NCBI GenBank assembly: GCA_965140415.1
Contig: OZ223209.1
Span: 3,840,001-3,904,000, forward strand
DNA length: 64,000 nt
From: Myxococcota bacterium
GTDB lineage: Bacteria > Myxococcota_A > SURF-8
Reading direction: 5' to 3'
Positions within the stretch are counted from its first letter, which is position 1, and each line of letters begins with the position of its first letter. The position numbers and the translations under genes were made by a program. Shown here piece after piece: positions 58,274 through 64,000 of the stretch. The notes beneath the pieces are model-generated. The model made no database searches and had not been told where the DNA came from. It saw only the letters and a list, made by a program, of their open reading frames with translations.

Positions 58274-60163
58274 ATGGAAACAGGTGATTTGCACTCAGAC
58301 TCAGATTACAGCGATACCCTGAAGCCACAGGAAAACACTTTAAACGCACGTCTGGCAGTCGCCTTGTTGGCGATCTGCGTCGTCGCCACGCTCCTGGCTT
58401 ACTGGCCGGTTCTTAACGCACCATGGTTTTACGATGATACCGAGCATGTCATCACCAACACATCGGTAACCGGCGACTCAATTCTGCCTGTTTTTACTCG
58501 CAACTTCTGGGGACAAACCCCAGGAATCTTTTCGGTCTGGTCGTATCGGCCGATAGCCTCGCTTTCAACACGTTTGGTTTATCAGGTTTGCCCGAGCCCG
58601 TTTTGCGCACGCTCGGTCAATTTGTTGATTCACATCGGATTCTGCCTTAGTCTGTTTGTATTTTTTTGCCGTTGGTTTGGAGAACTGGCCGCCGCGCTTG
58701 GAGCGGGTCTGTTCATGATCCACCCCATTCACAGTGAAGCCATCCTGTTTGCTGTTGGGCGAGCCGACTTGCTTGCAGCCTGTTTTTCACTGGCTGCATT
58801 CACTTGCTACCTGAAGCGTCGCTATGTGTGGATGCTACTTCTGTTCACCCTCGGTTTACTGTCTAAAGAAAATGCAGCCTTGCTTTTCCCTCTGATGTTA
58901 GCACATGCCGCGCTGACGCGGCGCTTTCAAAGTATGCGTTCGTACATCGCATTCTCCATACCATTTTTCGCCATCGGCATCATTGATTTCATCCTTCATA
59001 GACTGGTTAGCGGTCGCTGGTGGGAATTTATCGATGCACTGCAAAATCCTCTGATTCTCGCTCCAAAAGCAGAACGCTGGGCACACGTTTTGAGTTTTCC
59101 GGCTGAATACCTCTCCCGTATTTTATGGCCGTTTTCCATCCCGGCCGATTTCAGCATGGGTGCCTATCAGGTTACGCCGTGGCACGATCCGCGCTTGCTT
59201 TTAATCGGGGCGATCTCGATTGTGCTTCCAATCGTCGTGCTCTTGCTGACCCGCAAGTTTTTACCCTGGCGCAATATTGCAATCGGGATTTGGGCCTATT
59301 ATTGCCTTGCCTTGATTGCCTTCCAGTGGCACTCGCTCGGCGCGTTTACCCTCGCGGATCGACATCTTTATCTGCCTTTTACCGGTTTGGCTTTTTCAGT
59401 CGCCGCGACGGTTCAAGCCATTCAAGGTCTTCGTCCAAAGTTTCTCACAACGTCTTATCGTCGTATGCTCGCCTCAACATTAAGCTTTCTCCCAGTTGGT
59501 TTTCTTGCCACGGCGCTCTTTTTTGCGGTCCCCGCCTATGCAGGGCCAATCAGTCTGGGCAAGGCGTGGCTTAAGAATTCCCCGGGCGGCGCACGCGCTT
59601 ATTTTATGATCGGCAACGAATATGCGACTCAGGGCAGGCCGGATCTTGCCCTGCCCTATTTTGAAAAGGCCATCGAAATCTACCCGAGTTTCAATCAGGC
59701 AAAACTCTCCAGAGCCAAGGCATTGTCCGATTTGGGAAAACAGGAAGAGTCGGGTAAATTGTTCGCCGATCTATACCAAAATGCTCCTGATGAACCCGAT
59801 ACCGCTTTTTCATATGCCGTTTGGCTATGGCGCGGTGGTAAACTGAAAGAAGCGGAATCGATTTTTTCTAAAACCGCACGAGTATGGCCTCAGAATTCTG
59901 GGTTGATATTTGAATGGGGTCGATTGACGGAAGTACTGTCGGGTCCTGCTGTCGCGCTTCCCATCCTTGAAAACGCTTGCCGCCTCGATACTCGTCCCAC
60001 CTGCACAAAAGCTGCGGCCGCCACTCGAATCAGATTGCTTAATCAACTCCTACAACATGCGGACTTCGACCAGGCTAAAGAAGAACTCAATCGAGTTGGA
60101 GCAGTCGCCATCCCAGAGTCCGAAAAAGAAAGAATTACGCAACAGCTACACGACTCCAAATGA
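58274..60163 (+). CDS. TMTC-like GT-C membrane glycosyltransferase with C-terminal TPRs
   Basis: FYDD, YRP, HPIHSEAI..VGRADLL, LLSKENA, ADRHLYLP, then TPR helices. Start codon uncertain. Confidence 0.85.
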   Translation: METGDLHSDSDYSDTLKPQENTLNARLAVALLAICVVATLLAYWPVLNAPWFYDDTEHVITNTSVTGDSILPVFTRNFWGQTPGIFSVWSYRPIASLSTRLVYQVCPSPFCARSVNLLIHIGFCLSLFVFFCRWFGELAAALGAGLFMIHPIHSEAILFAVGRADLLAACFSLAAFTCYLKRRYVWMLLLFTLGLLSKENAALLFPLMLAHAALTRRFQSMRSYIAFSIPFFAIGIIDFILHRLVSGRWWEFIDALQNPLILAPKAERWAHVLSFPAEYLSRILWPFSIPADFSMGAYQVTPWHDPRLLLIGAISIVLPIVVLLLTRKFLPWRNIAIGIWAYYCLALIAFQWHSLGAFTLADRHLYLPFTGLAFSVAATVQAIQGLRPKFLTTSYRRMLASTLSFLPVGFLATALFFAVPAYAGPISLGKAWLKNSPGGARAYFMIGNEYATQGRPDLALPYFEKAIEIYPSFNQAKLSRAKALSDLGKQEESGKLFADLYQNAPDEPDTAFSYAVWLWRGGKLKEAESIFSKTARVWPQNSGLIFEWGRLTEVLSGPAVALPILENACRLDTRPTCTKAAAATRIRLLNQLLQHADFDQAKEELNRVGAVAIPESEKERITQQLHDSK

Positions 60164-60348
60164 AGTTGCCTCTTCGATAGGTTTCCTACCTATTTAAACT
60201 TCAGCACTTAGATTCCCCTTTTTACTCACGCGCAAATAAAACATTTCACAACTCGTGGTACCAGAAAATTCAATCCAGCCCGGGATCTGGTTTTATTTGG
60301 GCATCAAGCGAAGCAGTTTCGGCTTTGAGTTGAAATGACCTGAAAAGC

Positions 60349-60642
60349 GAACTGGTCTTCTGTAAACCGGACGGCGGGAGACATATTCACCGTCGAGCAG
60401 ATGTCGCCTTGAAGCGGTGTTGTATGAAAGCGGGGCTACGACCTATCGGATGGCATGTGCTACAACATACCTTCGCAAGCCATTTAGTGGGAAAGGGTGT
60501 CCATCTCAGGACCATTCAGGAACTGCTCGGACATGCCTCCATCGCCATGACGGAGCGCTATGCACACACTTCAACAGAACTCATTCGAGGGGCCGTGGAG
60601 GCCCTGGACGAGCCCATTTTGTGCAAGGTTACGGCACAATAG
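60349..60642 (+). pseudogene. C-terminal remnant of a tyrosine recombinase/integrase
   Basis: ELVFCKPDG...WHVLQHTFASHL...IQELLGHASIAMTERYAH. The N-terminus is missing and the HxxR arginine is Gln. Confidence 0.85.
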
Positions 60643-60699
60643 CGGCACAAAACGGAGGTGTTCAAGTTGGCACGAAACCTGCCTAGCCATAAATACAGA

Positions 60700-60727
60700 A
60701 AATCCCTTGAGAATTTCCCAAGGGATC
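60700..60727 (-). terminator. Probable terminator of the tRNA pair
   Basis: ATCCCTTG...CAAGGGAT hairpin followed by TTT on the minus strand. Confidence 0.5.
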
Positions 60728-60738
60728 GCTCTGAAAAA

Positions 60739-60815
<77 letters not shown>

Positions 60816-60851
60816 GTATTTAAAAAGATCGCTGTGTGCAGCGGGTAAAGC

Positions 60852-60927
60852 TGGTAGGCGGACACGGATTTGAACCGTGGACCCCCGGCTTGTAAGGCCG
60901 GTGCTCTAACCGCTGAGCTACCCGCCT
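60852..60927 (-). tRNA. tRNA-Val(TAC)
   Basis: AGGCGGGTAGCTCAGCGG...CCTTACAAG...GGTTCAAATCC...CCTACCA, 76 nt. Confidence 0.97.
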
Positions 60928-61028
60928 GCAACCCGCGAGATATTCTCCTAGAACGCGGGTAAAGTCAAGAATTTTTCTTTCACAATTTCATTTTTTTTTC
61001 AAAGCCGCTTTGCCGGTCCCACAAATAA

Positions 61029-61062
61029 AAACGGCCCGATCGAAAACCCGACCGAGCCGTTT
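61029..61062 (-). terminator. Terminator after ino1
   Basis: AAACGGCTCGGTCG...CGATCGGGCCGTTT followed by TTATTT on the minus strand. Confidence 0.6.
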
Positions 61063-61081
61063 GAAATCACAGGGGAAAGGC

Positions 61082-62416
61082 TTACTCTTCCTCACCTACC
61101 ATGTCGTAATAATCCAGTCCGAGATGAGTGATGAGATCTTCCTTCATCAGCCAACGCATGGTGTTTTTCAGTTTGGTCTGCTGGATGAAGATATCGTGCT
61201 CGGGATACAGGCCTTCCACCACCATCGGGCTCTTCCAGTAGAAGCTCAGCCATTCCTGAATTCCCCACATGTTGCAACGCTGGGAGAGGTCCAGAAGCAG
61301 GGCCAGATCCAAAACCACCGGCGCGGCCAGGATGGAATCACGGCAGAGGAAATCGACTTTGATCTGCATCGGGTAGCCGAGCCAACCGAAGATGTCGATA
61401 TTGTCCCAACCTTCTTTGTTGTCGCCACGCGGCGGATAGTAGTTGATACGGACCTTGTGGTACAGATCGCTGTACAGATCCGGGTAAACTTCCGGCTGCA
61501 GGATGGTGTCCAACACGCCCAGCTTGGATACTTCCTTGCTGCGGAAGGACTCGGGATCGTCGAGCACTTCGCCGTCGCGGTTGCCCAGGATGTTGGTGCT
61601 GAACCAACCGGACACACCCAGCATACGGGATTTGAAGCCCGGCGACAGGATGGTTTTCATCAAGGTTTGGCCGGTTTTGAAATCCTTGCCACCCACCGGA
61701 ACCTTGTTTTCGCGGGCCAACTCGCGCAGCGCCGGAACTTCCAGGCAGATATTGGGAGCACCGTTACCGAAAGGCACGTGTTCCATCAACGCAGCGTAGG
61801 CGTAAATCTGGCTCGGAGCGATACTCGGATCGTCCTTCTTCAAACCTTCTTCAAAGGCCGCCAGGCTCTCGTGCACGGCTGTCGGCTGGCGATACGCTTC
61901 GGTGGAGGCGCACCAGATGACCACGGCGCGGTTGCAGTCGTTTTCTTTCATGAAGTTACGGATATCTTCACGCAGCGCCTGGGCTTTTTCCCAACGCGTA
62001 CCCGTTTTCTTGTTCGGACCATCGATATTCTTGACGAAGCTATGATCGAAGACCGCTTTCATCGGAGTGATCGTAGACATTTCATCTTTGACTTTGTCCA
62101 GATCTTCTCTTTTGAGAACGGACGCATTGCAGGCCGCTTCGTAAGTGTTGTCTTCAAAAATGTCCCAGCCGCCAAAAACCATTTGATCCAAACCGGCCAG
62201 CGGCAGGAAATCTTTGATTTTGGGCGAACGACTATCCGTGCGCTTTCCAAGACGAATGGTGCTCAGCTGGGTCACGCTGCCGATCGGCTTGGCCATTCCT
62301 TTGCGAATGGATAACACACCCGCGATGAAGGTTGTTGCCACAGCACCCAGACCGGGGAGCAGAACCGCCACTTTTCCGTCTTTGGACTTGATTTCGTCTT
62401 TTCGTAGCACTGCCAT
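61082..62416 (-). CDS. ino1: myo-inositol-1-phosphate synthase
   Basis: GLGAVATT, FGGWD, GKDFKTGQTLMK, NILGNRDG, GDNKEGWD, RDSILAAP. Confidence 0.95.
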   Translation of the reverse strand: MAVLRKDEIKSKDGKVAVLLPGLGAVATTFIAGVLSIRKGMAKPIGSVTQLSTIRLGKRTDSRSPKIKDFLPLAGLDQMVFGGWDIFEDNTYEAACNASVLKREDLDKVKDEMSTITPMKAVFDHSFVKNIDGPNKKTGTRWEKAQALREDIRNFMKENDCNRAVVIWCASTEAYRQPTAVHESLAAFEEGLKKDDPSIAPSQIYAYAALMEHVPFGNGAPNICLEVPALRELARENKVPVGGKDFKTGQTLMKTILSPGFKSRMLGVSGWFSTNILGNRDGEVLDDPESFRSKEVSKLGVLDTILQPEVYPDLYSDLYHKVRINYYPPRGDNKEGWDNIDIFGWLGYPMQIKVDFLCRDSILAAPVVLDLALLLDLSQRCNMWGIQEWLSFYWKSPMVVEGLYPEHDIFIQQTKLKNTMRWLMKEDLITHLGLDYYDMVGEEE

Positions 62417-62754
62417 CGTTCAACCTCTTTTCTAGGTTATCTTAAGTCATGTTTCCTTAACATTGGTTGCCAATCTACGGATATCCCTATGGCAATCAGT
62501 TTTGACATCATAGTCCCCACCCTATGATTGTCAACACAAATCTAAACTCATCAGAACACTTTTTATGAGCGAAAACCGGGTTCGTCAAGTTTGAATCCAC
62601 AATCAACCTCTCCACATTAAAATTCCATTCCGAACATGGACATAACAAACAGAACAACCCGTAAATATATTGGAATATTCCGGATTCCCCCAATTTCTTT
62701 GACAGGTGTATGGCTCTCTGTTACAAGGGTGTTTCCTTATTAACGGGAGGCTGC

Positions 62755-63405
62755 ATGGAGAATCAGATCCTCAGAGCGGTAGCATTATTAATTCCGATGG
62801 TCCTGTCGCTGACCGTTCACGAGTACAGCCACGCCTTTGCTGCCAAAAAACTGGACGATCCCACCGCAGAGCGGCTGGGGCGATTGACGATGAACCCGAT
62901 TGCCCATATCGACCCGATCGGAACCATCTTTCTGCCGCTGATGGGATTCATGTTCGGAGGCTTCATTTTCGGCTGGGCAAAACCGGTGCCGGTCAATCCG
63001 GTTCTCTTTACACGCCGTCTACCGATGAAGACCGGAATGCTGCTGGTTGCCGCAGCGGGACCGGCCTCCAACCTGATCATGGCGCTGATCGCCTCCTTAT
63101 TAATGTTCCTGGTCGTCCACGTAATCGGTTTCGTGGATCAAGCTGTTTTGTTCATCTTCGTGGTGTTCATTAAATTGAATGTTATTCTGGCGTTTTTCAA
63201 TCTGCTGCCGATTCCTCCCTTGGATGGAGGCCGCATTCTGGGTGGACTGCTGCCGGATCGCTTCGAACAGATGCTGGCGAGCATTGAGCGCTACGGATTC
63301 ATCGTTCTGATCTTCCTGCTTTTCAGCGGTGCCATGTCCTATTTGTTCATTCCGGTGACCTGGGTTTCCGATTTCCTGATCGGCTGGCCGGAGTTCTTGC
63401 AATAA
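62755..63405 (+). CDS. Site-2 protease (peptidase M50)
   Basis: HEYSH, GWAKPVPVNP, AAAGPASN, FNLLPIPPLDGG. GGAGG RBS. Confidence 0.95.
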   Translation: MENQILRAVALLIPMVLSLTVHEYSHAFAAKKLDDPTAERLGRLTMNPIAHIDPIGTIFLPLMGFMFGGFIFGWAKPVPVNPVLFTRRLPMKTGMLLVAAAGPASNLIMALIASLLMFLVVHVIGFVDQAVLFIFVVFIKLNVILAFFNLLPIPPLDGGRILGGLLPDRFEQMLASIERYGFIVLIFLLFSGAMSYLFIPVTWVSDFLIGWPEFLQ

Positions 63406-63458
63406 CTTCAGAAAACGGCGTTTTTGCTGGTTTCTGTTCCGGACGTGAGGAAAACCCA

Positions 63459-64000
63459 ATGAGAATCTTCCTTTTTACAAGTCTGTTGCTGGTGCTGTTT
63501 CTTTTCGGTTGCGAATCCAAGGATGTGCCGCCAACGAACGTCCAACCGGAGGCGGTTGAACCAACCGCTTTAGATCCGGTTAAAGAAAAAAAGGTCGACG
63601 CTCAAACTCAGGATTCCATGCCGAAACCCGGCTGGCAATTGTTTGAAGATCCCCAGGGAAGCTATCATTTTTACTTGCCACCCGGCATGAAGACCATGGA
63701 AACCGAAGAGGATTTGCTTCGCTTCGGAATTGAAAACGGAACGACAATGGACTTTCTGACCGTCGCAACTTCACGAAGCAACATCTCGCAAGGAAACACG
63801 CCACAGAGCTTCATGGAGGAGCAACTCCATCCTTTGAAGCAGAAAAAGAACTTCAAAGTCATGATCATGCAGAAACAGGAGTTGCCTGTCTTCGGTCCCA
63901 GACATTTATACTATAAAGCCCTGGTAGAATGGGGGAGCAAGAAAAAGCCGCACCGAGCGAAATGCTATGTGGTGATGTTCGAAGATCACTTGCTCGCATT
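63459..64000 (+). CDS. Hypothetical lipoprotein (partial, runs off the right edge; possibly PsbP/DcrB-like)
   Basis: GAGG RBS. MRIFLFTSLLLVLFLFGC-ESKD, open to the window end. Not in the ORF track. Confidence 0.7.
   Translation, partial: MRIFLFTSLLLVLFLFGCESKDVPPTNVQPEAVEPTALDPVKEKKVDAQTQDSMPKPGWQLFEDPQGSYHFYLPPGMKTMETEEDLLRFGIENGTTMDFLTVATSRSNISQGNTPQSFMEEQLHPLKQKKNFKVMIMQKQELPVFGPRHLYYKALVEWGSKKKPHRAKCYVVMFEDHLLA

Noticed and set aside
61010-62314. 434-aa + strand ORF (likewise 38556..39983, 26379..27440, 42108..43232)
   Set aside because: Antisense shadows of well-supported minus-strand genes.

Overview
Moderately GC-rich bacterial chromosome segment. Gene content (MopE-like Cys repeats, OmpA-TSP3 barrel, double-N-domain PilT) suggests a Myxococcota/deltaproteobacterial-like lineage; this is inference. 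The left ~47 kb is dominated by predicted lipoproteins. The first is a giant ORF of more than 2,960 aa, absent from the supplied track because it runs off the left edge (8884 to <2), with ~6 ASH/choice-of-anchor-D domains and ~36 six-Cys repeats. The others include a papain-C1A/FGE-domain protein, FGE and DUF1566 proteins, GH5, GH31, two arylsulfotransferases, a DUF218 protein and a PKD protein. Twelve unrelated lipoproteins share Asp-Gly-Asp (DGD) linkers, up to 30 tandem copies, and mostly acidic residues just after the lipidated Cys; this is the best candidate for an undescribed surface-sorting or display system. Also present: murJ, pilT, a TroABCD/MntABC-type metal ABC transporter in which both permeases carry DtxR-like domains, a YadGH-type ABC pair, a sigma28-promoter-driven DUF5610 gene, a TMTC-like GT-C/TPR protein, an integrase remnant at tRNA-Asp, tRNA-Val, ino1 and a site-2 protease. 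Several intergenic regions hold REP-like hairpins, including three adjacent hairpins with different stems and an identical CAGGAG loop. No CRISPR array, reverse transcriptase or intact mobile element was seen. Domain calls come from motif recognition by eye, not database searches.
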